A stretch of 64,000 nucleotides of DNA, taken from contig CAWGJT010000005.1 in NCBI GenBank assembly GCA_963822965.1, positions 1,312,001-1,376,000 of the forward strand, in the 5' to 3' direction. The position numbers were made by a program, and so were the translations under genes. The first letter of the stretch is position 1; every line of letters starts with the position of its first letter. Below the pieces are notes generated by a model. The model was not told the origin of the DNA and ran no database searches. It worked only from the letters and a program-made list of their open reading frames with translations. Positions 27,555-37,371 of the stretch are shown here, piece after piece. This DNA comes from an uncultured delta proteobacterium. GTDB taxonomy: Bacteria > Myxococcota_A > UBA9160 > UBA4427.

Positions 27555-28934
27555 TCAACGCAGTCCGGCGGTGGGATTGGTGGGCGTGCGCAGGGTGCGG
27601 AGGAAGGCGAGCAGCTCCTTCCGCTCGCTCTCCGACCGTCTGGCGTAGCCGTCGCGCGCGTCCCGAGCCTCGCCGCCGTGGAGCAGGATCGCCTCGCTCA
27701 GCGTCATGGCGCGCCCGTCGTGGAGGTAGGGAGCGGTATCGGCGACGCCCCAGAGCCGGGCCGTCGTGAAGAAGCGATCCAGATCGCTGCCGAAGGACTC
27801 GGCCAGCGCGTCCCCCATGTCATGGCGCTTGAGGTCCGCGAAGAGCGGCACCCGGACGCCACCCCCGCGCGCAGGCGCGAAGCCCGGCGCGGCGGCCCGC
27901 AGGTCGACCACGTAGTGCGGCTCGATCTCCGCCCCGTCCGCGGCGGGCAGACTCAGCGCGAGGCGGGCCGAGCGCGCCCGCAGCAGGGGCCGATGGCAGT
28001 CCGCGCAGCCGAGCTCCACGAAGAGTCGCCTGCCGCGCCGCGCGGTCTGGCTCGGGCGGGTCTGGACCGGTTTCGGCAGCGTCGCGTTGAAGATCTCGAG
28101 CGCCGAGACGGCGCCGATCCCGATCTCGTTGACGACGCCGTCGCCGTCGCCGTCCACGTCCCGGCCGACGATCTCGACGGGCTCGATGCCGAAGTGGAAG
28201 CGCAGGGCGTCCAGATCGAAGTCCCGGATCGTCTCGAGGTCGCCCTTGCGCCCGAAGGGCCGGACGATCAGGTCTTCGTCGACGCCCTCGACCCCCGAGG
28301 TGTCGAAGAGCCCGTCCCGGTACACGATCGAGCCGAAGTCGACGCCCTTGGCGACGAGCGCCACCGGCACGCCGGGCTGCTGCCGCGCCCGCGCCTTCTG
28401 CGCCAGCAGCTGCTCCGTCATCTCGACGGCCAACTGCTGGACTCCCCCGCTCCCGAAGAGGAAGGGCGGGTTGATGAAGCGTCCGTCGAAGCTGGCGAAG
28501 CCTTCACCGTCGTCGTCATCCGGATCGATCGTCGTCGGCATGAACATCGCATTGCTGACGGAGCCGCCGACCCCACCGATCCCGAACACCGGTGGAACGC
28601 TCGCATTGCTGAGGATCGAGTGGCACTCGAGGCAGGACTGCGCGTCGAGGCCGTTCACGCGCAGGAAGCTCCCGTTGCCTTGAAGCGTCGGACGACCGCC
28701 GAGCGAGATCGGGTCCGATGGATCCATGGGACCGTCGCCGTAGCCGTCCGCCTTGTTGAAGGGCGTCGAGAAGACCAGCATGCCCTGGCGGCGGATCTCG
28801 CGAAGCGGGAGCTTGCCCGTCTCGATCTGCGCCTGGGTGATCGTGACGCCGGCCTCGACGAGGCGTCGCCCATCGCCGGCGTGCGCCATCCCGGCGACCA
28901 GGATCGAGAGCAGCGCGAGCCGGATCATGCACAT
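27555..28934 (-). CDS. Di-heme oxidoreductase (DHOR / thiol oxidoreductase-like) family cytochrome c
   Basis: CLECH and CADCH; DLKRHDMG; TARLWGVADTAPYLHDGRA..LSEAILLHGGEA. Confidence 0.88.
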   Translation of the reverse strand: MCMIRLALLSILVAGMAHAGDGRRLVEAGVTITQAQIETGKLPLREIRRQGMLVFSTPFNKADGYGDGPMDPSDPISLGGRPTLQGNGSFLRVNGLDAQSCLECHSILSNASVPPVFGIGGVGGSVSNAMFMPTTIDPDDDDGEGFASFDGRFINPPFLFGSGGVQQLAVEMTEQLLAQKARARQQPGVPVALVAKGVDFGSIVYRDGLFDTSGVEGVDEDLIVRPFGRKGDLETIRDFDLDALRFHFGIEPVEIVGRDVDGDGDGVVNEIGIGAVSALEIFNATLPKPVQTRPSQTARRGRRLFVELGCADCHRPLLRARSARLALSLPAADGAEIEPHYVVDLRAAAPGFAPARGGGVRVPLFADLKRHDMGDALAESFGSDLDRFFTTARLWGVADTAPYLHDGRAMTLSEAILLHGGEARDARDGYARRSESERKELLAFLRTLRTPTNPTAGLR

Positions 28935-29120
28935 GGACCTTTCTCTCCTGTCTGCAACGCCTCGCAGCTCACGCCGGAGATGCGGTCGCCGACGATTATC
29001 ACCCAACCGTCGGCCCGACATACTTGAGGAGAACTTGATGATTCGCCCGAACCGAACGCGTGGAATCAGGGGAAACGTTTCGAAATCGAGCACTTGAGCC
29101 CCCTGCACGCGTAAAGTCCC
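28870..29120 (-). repeat. 251-bp direct repeat, copy B
   Basis: Aligns with 27219-27469. Confidence 0.92.
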
Positions 29121-29171
29121 CCGATGACCGACCGGAGGGCAGCTGTGTCACGATCGCGGTGGAGGCATCGG

Positions 29172-31019
29172 ATGCGTCGTCTCGTCCTTGCGGGGTGGAT
29201 CCTGCCCCTTCTCGCCTTCGGTTCGCCGAAGCTCGCCATCGGACAGGCGAGCGACCCGCTGCCGATCGACGTGCCCGCCGTGCAGATCCAGGGCGACTTC
29301 CTGGTCAACGGCGCACTGGCCTCGCCGCTCACCGCCGAGTCGGCGCGCCTCCGCCTCGATGGCATGCTGGGCCTGGGGGCCGGCTTCCCGATCGGACGCA
29401 GCTACGAGCAGAGCTACGGGCCGCTCTGGGTGATCCCCACCGACTACCAGGCCGGCTATGGCTTCGACTCGTCCCTCTTCGGAACCCTGCCGCGGAGCTC
29501 CGCGGCCTCGGTTCCGATCGGCCCCTTCGTCTACCTGGACGGCTCGCAGCCCTTCGACGTGGACGTCCCGGCGGTCGGGATCACCATCGACGTCACGCTG
29601 AATGGCTCGCCCTTCGGAGACCTCTTCAACGACGACTCCGAGCTGCTGCTCCGCCACGTCGGGACCGGGAACGAGTTCGTGATCGGGTCCACCCTGGCGC
29701 AGCCCCTCTCCGTCTCGGTCGTCCCCGGCAGCTACGACCTGGTGTACCGGTACATCACGGGAAGGCTGCATCCGGTCAACACGCACGCCACGATCGCCGC
29801 AGGCCTCGATCTCTCGACTTCGCAGACCGTGTCGCTCGATCTCGAGGCGTACCCGCATCAGCAGGTCGTGCGGCTGAACGGCGCCTTCTTCCCCGCGTCG
29901 CCCACCGAGTACGGCAACATCGCGCTGGAGAGCCCGGACGGACGCGACCGGGTGGACCTGGGGCCGACCTCCGGGTCCCTGTCGGAGGTCTTCGTGCTCG
30001 CGGGCAGCTACGTGCTCGCCTACGAGCACGTGAACGGAGGCGCCCAGGTTCCCGTGAACACGCACGCGATCGTCGACCCCATGGTCATCGTCGACGAGCC
30101 GGCTCCGGGGCGCAACATCTCCACCGGGTCGACCGACGTCCAGGCGGCTGTCGTCTCGATCGACGCCACGCTGAACGGCGATCCTTTCGTCGTGTCCCCG
30201 ACCAACTGGGCGGAGTGGGCGGTCGTGGACGCGGACGGCGAGGAGACCCCCTTTGGCAGCACGCTGACCCAGCCCTTCGCCACCACCCTGGTCCACGGGA
30301 CCTACGACGTCTTCTACCAGTGGCAGCTCGGCGCAACCGACGTGCCCGGCAACACGAACGCTCGCGTCGCCACCGGCCTCGTCGTCGCGGGCCCGACGAC
30401 GTTCGCCTTCGACGTCCCCATGGTCGCGCGCACCTTCGAGCCGCTCCTCAACGGGGCCCCGTGGCCGCAGTCGCCTACCGAGTTCGGGGATCTCGACCTG
30501 CAGGGAAGCGAGCCGGAAGACCGCTTCGACCTGGGCTCGACCTACGACGGGCCCACAATCCAGCGCCTCGTCATCGCCGGGGCCTACGACCTCATCTACG
30601 ACCACCGGAACGGCGCCACGACGGTACCGGTAAACGAGAGCGAGCCGATCCTGAGCTTCCACACCTCAGAGGGCCCGGTGATCGGGGTCGACGTGGCGGC
30701 GACGCGAATTGCCCCGACGGTGACGCTCGACGGCCAGGTCTTCCCGACCGGCAGTGGCAACCAGGCGCGGATCGTGCTCCGTTCGGCGGCCGGGGGCGAG
30801 ACCCCGATCGGCACGACCGATCAGGCGCCCATCTCCCCGCGTCGCGTGATCGACGGGACCTACCGGATCGACTACGAGTGGCTGAGCGGCGACGACATTC
30901 CCCGCAACAGTCGTGAGCCGGTCGGGACTGCGTACGTGCCCGAGCCGGGATTCCTGCTCGGGCTCGGCATCGGCATCGCCTTCCTCGCCGCGACCAGCCG
31001 GAGGCGGAAGCGTCCCTGA
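29172..31019 (+). CDS. PEP-CTERM protein with six ~100-aa tandem beta domains
   Basis: GGAGG RBS; signal peptide; repeated (L/V)NG..F / G(S/T/A)Y.(L/V).Y / P.N motifs; C-terminal VPEP + TM + RRRKR. Confidence 0.88.
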   Translation: MRRLVLAGWILPLLAFGSPKLAIGQASDPLPIDVPAVQIQGDFLVNGALASPLTAESARLRLDGMLGLGAGFPIGRSYEQSYGPLWVIPTDYQAGYGFDSSLFGTLPRSSAASVPIGPFVYLDGSQPFDVDVPAVGITIDVTLNGSPFGDLFNDDSELLLRHVGTGNEFVIGSTLAQPLSVSVVPGSYDLVYRYITGRLHPVNTHATIAAGLDLSTSQTVSLDLEAYPHQQVVRLNGAFFPASPTEYGNIALESPDGRDRVDLGPTSGSLSEVFVLAGSYVLAYEHVNGGAQVPVNTHAIVDPMVIVDEPAPGRNISTGSTDVQAAVVSIDATLNGDPFVVSPTNWAEWAVVDADGEETPFGSTLTQPFATTLVHGTYDVFYQWQLGATDVPGNTNARVATGLVVAGPTTFAFDVPMVARTFEPLLNGAPWPQSPTEFGDLDLQGSEPEDRFDLGSTYDGPTIQRLVIAGAYDLIYDHRNGATTVPVNESEPILSFHTSEGPVIGVDVAATRIAPTVTLDGQVFPTGSGNQARIVLRSAAGGETPIGTTDQAPISPRRVIDGTYRIDYEWLSGDDIPRNSREPVGTAYVPEPGFLLGLGIGIAFLAATSRRRKRP

Positions 31020-31159
31020 CGCATCCGTCCGCCCCCTCGCCCTCCACCCCGGCCACACGAACTCACACAGCGCGACGATCGTGGGACGTTCAAGCGGGGT
31101 TCCGGCTCGATGCCCGGGAGGCGGGCGCGGGCGGAGCCGCCCCGGACGGCCTCGCCCGG

Positions 31160-31875
31160 CTGTGAGCGTCCCCGAACTTGCGCTTGTAGGCGGCCGGCGC
31201 GAGACCGGTGTGGCGCTTGAAGACGCTTCGGTCATGCCGAGGTGGCTCGCCAGGGTCTCGAAGTGGATCTCCTCGCGGCAGTGCTGGCGGTTCCACTCCT
31301 CCGCCCGGCGGACCACTTCGTCCGCGTGGCGGGCCCCGATCGGCAGCACCGCGAAGCCCGCCTGGCAGTCCCGCGGCATCTCGATCAGCAGCGAGCGGGC
31401 GCACTGGCGCGCCACCTCGCGACCGCAGTACCGCTCCACCAGGTACAGCGCCAGGTCGAGCGCGGCATACACACCTGCCACCGCAGTAGCGGGCCTGCTC
31501 GACGGGCGTATCGCCACCACCCACTGGGCGGTGGTCGAGTCCTATCAGGAGCGCTTTCCGACGGTCCACTGGCGGCCGGACGATCTCGTCACCGAGGACG
31601 GCGGTCTCTTGGATCTGGTGGCTGGTGCCTGCATAGCTGCAGCCCTCCGGTGGGCCCGTCGATCCGAACATCCGGTGCGGGCCGACGGTCCCTACTCGAT
31701 CCAGGCCGACGAAGCGTTGGAGCGGGCGGGCCGGACCGATCTGATGTTCGTGCCGGCCGCCGGTCTCGACCTCGACGCGGTGCTCCAGCTCAACGCGCCC
31801 ATCCTCGACTTCCTGCGCGCCCGTCACGCCGAGGGGTCGAGCATCGCGGCCGTGTGCTCGGGGGTTGCGCTGCCT
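31160..31875. pseudogene. Scrambled GlxA-type (DJ-1/PfpI + AraC) regulator
   Basis: Minus strand GVYAALDLALYLVERYCG...FKRHTGLAPAAYKRKFG; plus strand AGLLDGRIATTHW then IAAVCSGV. Confidence 0.8.
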
Positions 31876-32069
31876 GCGGAGCGCCCGTCTTCAAGGGTCA
31901 GATGGGATCTACGCCAGCGTCTTCGCGAGCCCGGCGTTCCGAGCCCAATACGAGCGGATCATCAAACGAGGCCGTGGCCATGGTGTCAGCCGGCGAAGGC
32001 GGGCACTTCGCTCGCCCGATCACCTCCCCGGCAGAGGAGACGCAGAACATCGACGGCCCCGAACTCGAC

Positions 32070-33551
32070 TCATCCGGGCGTGGGGCGGGGGATGCGGGTC
32101 TGGAGCGACGAAGGTAGAGCCGTCCACACTACGTCCAGACAGCGCATCAGTGGCTCGCGGGCCAACAGGATGAGGAGTACGGCGTAGACGGCCGAGCCTG
32201 CGAAGCCGGCAACGAGGAGGACGCCCCAGCCAGGCCAGCTCGCGGGCAGCGCCTCCCGAGTCGCCCAGCACGTGGCCCCGAGTGCCAACGCCGCAAAGGC
32301 CGGGATCGCGTACGGTTGGGCGAGTTCCATGAGGCTGGCGCCGATCACGCTTCGCGCCGCCAGCGCAAAGCACGGCATCAGGACGAGCGAGCGCAGCAAG
32401 ACCGCTGCCGCGACTCCGAGCACGCCGAAGCGGACGCCGATCAGGATGGCGACGAGGCCGAAGCCTATTCCAACGAGCTGAATCCTCAGCACCCAATCCG
32501 GCTTCCCCATCGCGATGACGACCGGACCGAATAGCATCTGGACGGAGAACGCCACCCCGAATCCGCTCAGCAGCTGCATGACCCGAACGGACTCGTTCCA
32601 CTGCTCACCGAAGACCGCGAGCACGAGGACGGGGGCGAGCGAAGCGATCCCCAGATAGACGGGGAAGACGATCATTCCGTTCATCTCGGACGCGATCCGC
32701 AGCGCCCGACGAACCCGCTCGGGATCGTCCTGCATCTTGGAGAACACGGGGACGGACACGGAGTTCAGCGTCTTCGACAACAGATCGACGACCATCCGAA
32801 CGGCGCGAAACCCGACGACGTAGATGCCGAGCGCCGCCGGGCCGACAACATAGCCGATGATGAAGCGGTCGACGTGATCTCCCAGATATCGCAGAAGCTG
32901 GATCCCAACGATGTTCAACCCGAAGTTGAAGAGCTCACCCGAGTGCCTGCGCGTGGCTCGAAACGACGGCCGCCAACCCGTCAACCCCCACAAGAGCACG
33001 GCCGACGCCGCCGTAGCCGTGAGCTGCTGGGCGACCAGACTCCAGACGCCCCAGCCGGACACGGCCATCACAACCCCGACGACTCCGCCGACGACGTTCG
33101 CCGCGAGCGTGCGAAGGGCGAGTGGCTTCATCTTGAGCGCGCGGCGGAGCTGGGCGGCAGGTACCAGGCTGAAGGCGCCGAGGAAGAGCGACGGCGAGAG
33201 CCAGCGAAGGACCTCCGCCAGCTCCGGCTCGCCGACCGCGGCGCCGAGAAACGGGGAGGCCACGAAGAGGATGACGGTGAGCGCGGACGAAATTCCGATC
33301 TGAACCCAGAAAGCGCTGTCGAGGTGCTCCTGTTCGAGATGCTTGCGCTGCACGATGGCCTGCGTGAAGCCCGCGGTGGCCATGAGCCGGATGAGCACCA
33401 GGAACACCCCGGCATAGGAGACCAGGCCGAAGTCCTCGGGCGCCAACAGACGCGCCAACGCGACGAAGATCACCAGGTTCGAAGCCTGCCCACCCCAGCT
33501 CTGCAGCATGGTCCACGCGGCCGCATCGACGGCGCGCTCTCGCAGTCCCAT
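32070..33551 (-). CDS. Polysaccharide flippase (Wzx/WzxC-like)
   Basis: LARLLAPEDFGL, GWGVWSLVAQQL, D.FIIG...GPAALGIY motifs; 12 or more TM helices. Confidence 0.9.
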   Translation of the reverse strand: MGLRERAVDAAAWTMLQSWGGQASNLVIFVALARLLAPEDFGLVSYAGVFLVLIRLMATAGFTQAIVQRKHLEQEHLDSAFWVQIGISSALTVILFVASPFLGAAVGEPELAEVLRWLSPSLFLGAFSLVPAAQLRRALKMKPLALRTLAANVVGGVVGVVMAVSGWGVWSLVAQQLTATAASAVLLWGLTGWRPSFRATRRHSGELFNFGLNIVGIQLLRYLGDHVDRFIIGYVVGPAALGIYVVGFRAVRMVVDLLSKTLNSVSVPVFSKMQDDPERVRRALRIASEMNGMIVFPVYLGIASLAPVLVLAVFGEQWNESVRVMQLLSGFGVAFSVQMLFGPVVIAMGKPDWVLRIQLVGIGFGLVAILIGVRFGVLGVAAAVLLRSLVLMPCFALAARSVIGASLMELAQPYAIPAFAALALGATCWATREALPASWPGWGVLLVAGFAGSAVYAVLLILLAREPLMRCLDVVWTALPSSLQTRIPRPTPG

Positions 33552-33601
33552 TCTGTAGGGTCTCCTCGTCCGGTCGGCTGGCAGAGATCGAGGACGCGGC
33601 C

Positions 33602-34684
33602 TCAGCCGCGATCGTCGAGCTCTTCCCAACCCCGTCGCGAAGCGTCGCGACGAGCTCGGAGTGCCTCTTGCATCCGCTCGGCGTAGTACCAGAGGCCGGG
33701 ACCGGACTTGGCCGCCAAGCGATAGCCCTTGGCGACCAGCACGGGGCCCGCGACGGCCTCGAAACGCGAGAGCCGAGCGGGCCGCAGCTCTTCGCGCCAC
33801 GCCTCGATGCGATCCGGTAGCGGAGGCTTGCCGATGTTTCGGTGCAGGTGCTGCAAGCGATCGGGTACATATTCGACTTGGCGCGCCGTGTCGATTTTCG
33901 CGGCCTCGACACCGAGCCAGGCGAAGATCCGTGCGAGCTCCGCTTGGGGATTTCGGACGAGCGCTTCGTAGGCAACCTCGAATGCCTGTGTGGGGTGCCG
34001 CATCGCGAAGTGATCGAAGCTCTTCACGATCGTGCTCCAGCGCTTCGCGCTCGACACCGCGTTGGTTTCGAACGGCTTGCGCCGCGAGGAGTGGAGCGCC
34101 GCCAGCTTCGAATTGAAGACCGCCCTGCCGTCTCGCACGATGTGGAGCATCCGAAGCCCCGGAATCTGGCGCGCGAGCGCAGAGGCGCAGGCCACGTACA
34201 GCCCTCCCTTCTTCAAACCGAGGATCCGGGCCTCCGGTCGTGTGAGGGCGAACTGTGCAGCGAGGACCTCTCGGACGAAGTCGGCAAAGGCGAGAGGCAG
34301 ACTCGCGCACAGGCACTTGCGAAGTGCTTCTCGATCGACATCCCAATCACGCGCGAACTTGAAGTCGCCATAGAGGAGGTCGAGCGCCCGTTCGAGGGCC
34401 TCGTCGGAGGTGACCGGCCAACTCTCCGCCCGGGAGAGCAGGCTCACCACGAAATTGCTCTCCGGCCCCAGCGCGATGTCGGGATGATTCGTGAGCAGGG
34501 ACGCAAGGAAGGTCGTGCCCGATCGCGCATCTCCCACCACGAAGAGCGTGACAGGACGCGCTGCGATGTTGCCGTCGTTCGCGATTTCGGGTCCCTCTGG
34601 GGGCTGGAGTTCTGAAGACCGGGGGACCGCGATGGTAGCGCGCCGCCCTTTCGTCGACCCGAGGGGGTGGACCGGCCGTCTCAC
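33602..34684 (-). CDS. Sulfotransferase; start uncertain
   Basis: 5'-PSB motif FVVGDARSGTTFL; 3'-PB motif HIVRDGRAV..S; YEALVRNP. Confidence 0.88.
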   Translation of the reverse strand: MRRPVHPLGSTKGRRATIAVPRSSELQPPEGPEIANDGNIAARPVTLFVVGDARSGTTFLASLLTNHPDIALGPESNFVVSLLSRAESWPVTSDEALERALDLLYGDFKFARDWDVDREALRKCLCASLPLAFADFVREVLAAQFALTRPEARILGLKKGGLYVACASALARQIPGLRMLHIVRDGRAVFNSKLAALHSSRRKPFETNAVSSAKRWSTIVKSFDHFAMRHPTQAFEVAYEALVRNPQAELARIFAWLGVEAAKIDTARQVEYVPDRLQHLHRNIGKPPLPDRIEAWREELRPARLSRFEAVAGPVLVAKGYRLAAKSGPGLWYYAERMQEALRARRDASRRGWEELDDRG

Positions 34685-34774
34685 TGGCGATCCGCCGGGG
34701 CAGGCTAGAATGCGTGCCCAAAACCCGCACGCACCGCAAGCGCCTGCGTGTCCTCCCCTGTACCCGAGGCTTCG

Positions 34775-35713
34775 ATGACCCGGCTTCCCTCGCGGATGAT
34801 ACGGAAGCTCCGTCAGCTCGGCGGAGTCGACGACGGCGGACCCCTGAGGTTCCAGCGCGACGGGCACGAGTTCACGGGTCTGCACCGGCTCGAGAAGCAC
34901 CGCGGACGCATCTGGAACCGCGCGGGTCGGCTCCTGTGGCGAGCGGAGATGGACGGCCGGCCCGTAAAGATCTTCGAGTGCGCGAGCCCGACACAAGCGG
35001 AGTTCATTGCCGCCCTGTCCAGCCACGCGGAGCTCGGGACCTTCTTCCCGGAGGTCCGCATGCGCATCGGGGCAATCATCGTCGCGGAGTGGGTCGACGG
35101 CGCGCTGCTCTCGTGGAAGGCGATTCAGAACGACACGCATCAGATCATCCGCAAGATCGCTGCAATGCAGGCTGCCCTGCATCGAACTTCGCTCGAGAGG
35201 TTCGAGCGGGAATGTGGCTTCGACTACCTGGACTGCCTCCTGCAGCGGGCTCTGCGCTTCTCGTCCATCCTGCCGATCGACGACGCAATCCAGCGGATCC
35301 AGCAGAGACTCGCCGAGCTCCCCGACCTCCCCTCACGGTTGTCTCATCCCGACTTCACGGCTCCCAATCTCGTGCGACGCGGAGGCCATCTCGTCTCCAT
35401 CGACAACGAGCTCGTGAGTCAGAACTCGCATTCGATCTTCGATCTCTTCAATACCGTTCGGAGTTTCGGGAAACTTGCGCGCGGCCCGATGCTCGAGCGG
35501 TATCTTCGAAGCTACGCGGACGCCGGTGGTGATCTCGCGCCCCTCCTCGACCATGCCGAGTACTTCGTGTCGATCTGGCACCTCCGGTCGATCGGTGCCA
35601 GTCTTCAGAACGACGATCTCCGTGCGGCAGACCAGCTCGCGCGAGAGGTTGCTGCCGATCGAGCGGACGAACCCGTGTTGCTCAGCTGCACAAGGGAGAT
35701 ATTGGGACGATGA
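34775..35713 (+). CDS. Phosphotransferase (APH/choline kinase-like fold)
   Basis: VKIFE, HPDFTAPNL catalytic loop, IDNE. Confidence 0.7.
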   Translation: MTRLPSRMIRKLRQLGGVDDGGPLRFQRDGHEFTGLHRLEKHRGRIWNRAGRLLWRAEMDGRPVKIFECASPTQAEFIAALSSHAELGTFFPEVRMRIGAIIVAEWVDGALLSWKAIQNDTHQIIRKIAAMQAALHRTSLERFERECGFDYLDCLLQRALRFSSILPIDDAIQRIQQRLAELPDLPSRLSHPDFTAPNLVRRGGHLVSIDNELVSQNSHSIFDLFNTVRSFGKLARGPMLERYLRSYADAGGDLAPLLDHAEYFVSIWHLRSIGASLQNDDLRAADQLAREVAADRADEPVLLSCTREILGR

Positions 35714-36348
35714 CGTATGAGACCCGGTGGGAATTCATCGATCCTCGGGTAGAAGGCCGACGCGTTCTCGAAGTGGGGCCCGCAGAACTCGTCGGCACGA
35801 CCGCCTCCCACAAGGGCGACCGCTGGATCCACGGTCGCGTTGCCAAGGTCGCGAAGAGCCTGGTGGGGGTCGAGTACAGCCAGGAACAAGTCGATGCGCT
35901 GCGTGCGCGCGGCTTCGACATCGAGCAGGGCGACGCCCAGGATTTCAACGTCGAGGGAGACTTCGACGTCGTCCTCGCCGGCGAACTCATCGAGCACCTG
36001 TCCAACCCGGGGCTCTTCCTCGACTGCGCCTATCGTCACCTGCTGCCGGGCGGAAAGATCGTTCTGACGACACCGAACCGATTCGCGATCGATCGGATTC
36101 TTCGTGTGCTGCGAACGGGCGAGATTCCGCGCTATCAGAAGAACATCGCCAAACACGTGATGTACTTCGACTCCGATTCTCTCGGGTCGCTGCTGGAACG
36201 ACACGGCTTCATCGACATCGAGATCGACTACTGCATGTGGGTCGGTCTTCCGCGCACCGGCGGCACGAAACTCGCGATGCAGTTGGCGCGTAGATTCCGG
36301 CCCGTGATGCTCTCGACGATCGTCGCAACGGCGGTGAAGAAGCACTGA
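35710..36348 (+). CDS. Class I SAM-dependent methyltransferase
   Basis: VLEVG, FDVVLAGELIEHL, LLPGGKIVLTTPN; ATGA overlap with the kinase. Confidence 0.9.
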   Translation: MTYETRWEFIDPRVEGRRVLEVGPAELVGTTASHKGDRWIHGRVAKVAKSLVGVEYSQEQVDALRARGFDIEQGDAQDFNVEGDFDVVLAGELIEHLSNPGLFLDCAYRHLLPGGKIVLTTPNRFAIDRILRVLRTGEIPRYQKNIAKHVMYFDSDSLGSLLERHGFIDIEIDYCMWVGLPRTGGTKLAMQLARRFRPVMLSTIVATAVKKH

Positions 36349-36429
36349 ACCCGCGCCGCTCTCAGCGGCGGTACGGGTTGGGCGCAAAGCGACTCAGTGC
36401 GACGCGCCAGGCGAAGCGAACCAGGCGTA

Positions 36430-36526
36430 CCGGAAGCCGCAGGGCATAGGACGAATATGCCCCGTTCTGGCTCGACGTCCGGGTAGGGGCCTTATGTCAA
36501 TCGCCCTCCGGGGTCCCGGCGGCGGG
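36430..36526 (+). repeat. Dispersed dif-like repeat, copy 3 (core 36475-36502)
   Basis: ACGTCCGGGTA-GGGGCC-TTATGTCAATC + GCCCTCCGGGGTCCCGGCGGCGGG; 36477-36526 is 48/50 identical to 38146-38195. Confidence 0.88.
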
Positions 36527-36556
36527 ACCGCGACGGGCTGCTTTTCGGCCGGCCCT

Positions 36557-37369
36557 CTAGCCTTCGTCCGGTACCACCATCCCCCGCTCCTTGAGCCAAG
36601 CGATTACCTTGGTCATCGATGGAGACATACCCGGATTGAAGGCCAGCAGTCGTCGACCGTTGGCGATTCGATCTATCAAGCTGACGCCCCATTCATTCCG
36701 GAACTGGTAGTCGACGCCTTGCTCCAGCAAGAAGTAGGCCACATCGAACCATCCGAGGCCCGCCGCGCGCATCACGGGCGTGTCTCCGTTTGCCGCGCGT
36801 GCGTTGAGATCGGCACCTGAATCCATCAGGAGCTTGACGGATTCAATCGACCAAAGCGCCCGGAAGATCGGCGGACCACCGAACGGCCACGCCCCTGCCA
36901 CCAGATTCCAGTCTCCGCCGTGCCGCAGCGCCACTTCCAAGAATCTGCGATCCCGAGCGCCCGCCGCCCAGTGCATGACGGAGCTGCCGTCATCGAAGAT
37001 GATATTCGGATTGGCTCCAAGCTCGAGGAGCAGGGTAAACCCGGACAGGTCTCTAGTTGCGTAGAACAGCGGCGTCACGTTCCCTTTGCCCCTCGAATCC
37101 ACGCCAACTCCCCCTTCGACCATCCGCTTTACCTCTGCTATCCGCCCCTTGGCAGCCGCCACTGCCAACTCCTGAACCTTCGGATCAGCGAACACCTCCG
37201 CCGCGGCCGGCGCAACGCCCGGTTTTGCACTGCCCCGATTGACGCTCCACCTCGAGACATTTTCGGCCCCGGGTGCAGGCATTCCTTCGCAACACAGCGA
37301 GACCATGGCGACTGCAGCCACAACCGCGTAGGCAAGGCGACCACTGCGCCAGTCAACTGCTGCTCGCAT
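36557..37369 (-). CDS. Ankyrin-repeat protein, putative immunity protein
   Basis: Signal/lipoprotein-like N-terminus; TPLFYA, LLELGANPN, GADLNAR..NGDTPVMRAA; starts 2 bp after the RHS fragment stop. Confidence 0.8.
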   Translation of the reverse strand: MRAAVDWRSGRLAYAVVAAVAMVSLCCEGMPAPGAENVSRWSVNRGSAKPGVAPAAAEVFADPKVQELAVAAAKGRIAEVKRMVEGGVGVDSRGKGNVTPLFYATRDLSGFTLLLELGANPNIIFDDGSSVMHWAAGARDRRFLEVALRHGGDWNLVAGAWPFGGPPIFRALWSIESVKLLMDSGADLNARAANGDTPVMRAAGLGWFDVAYFLLEQGVDYQFRNEWGVSLIDRIANGRRLLAFNPGMSPSMTKVIAWLKERGMVVPDEG

Positions 37370-37371
37370 CC

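Noticed and set aside
36492..36502. TTATGTCAA read as a sigma70 -35 box (TTGACA on the minus strand)
   Set aside because: No -10 box at 17 bp, no gene start downstream, and conservation extends 40-60 bp beyond the hexamer.
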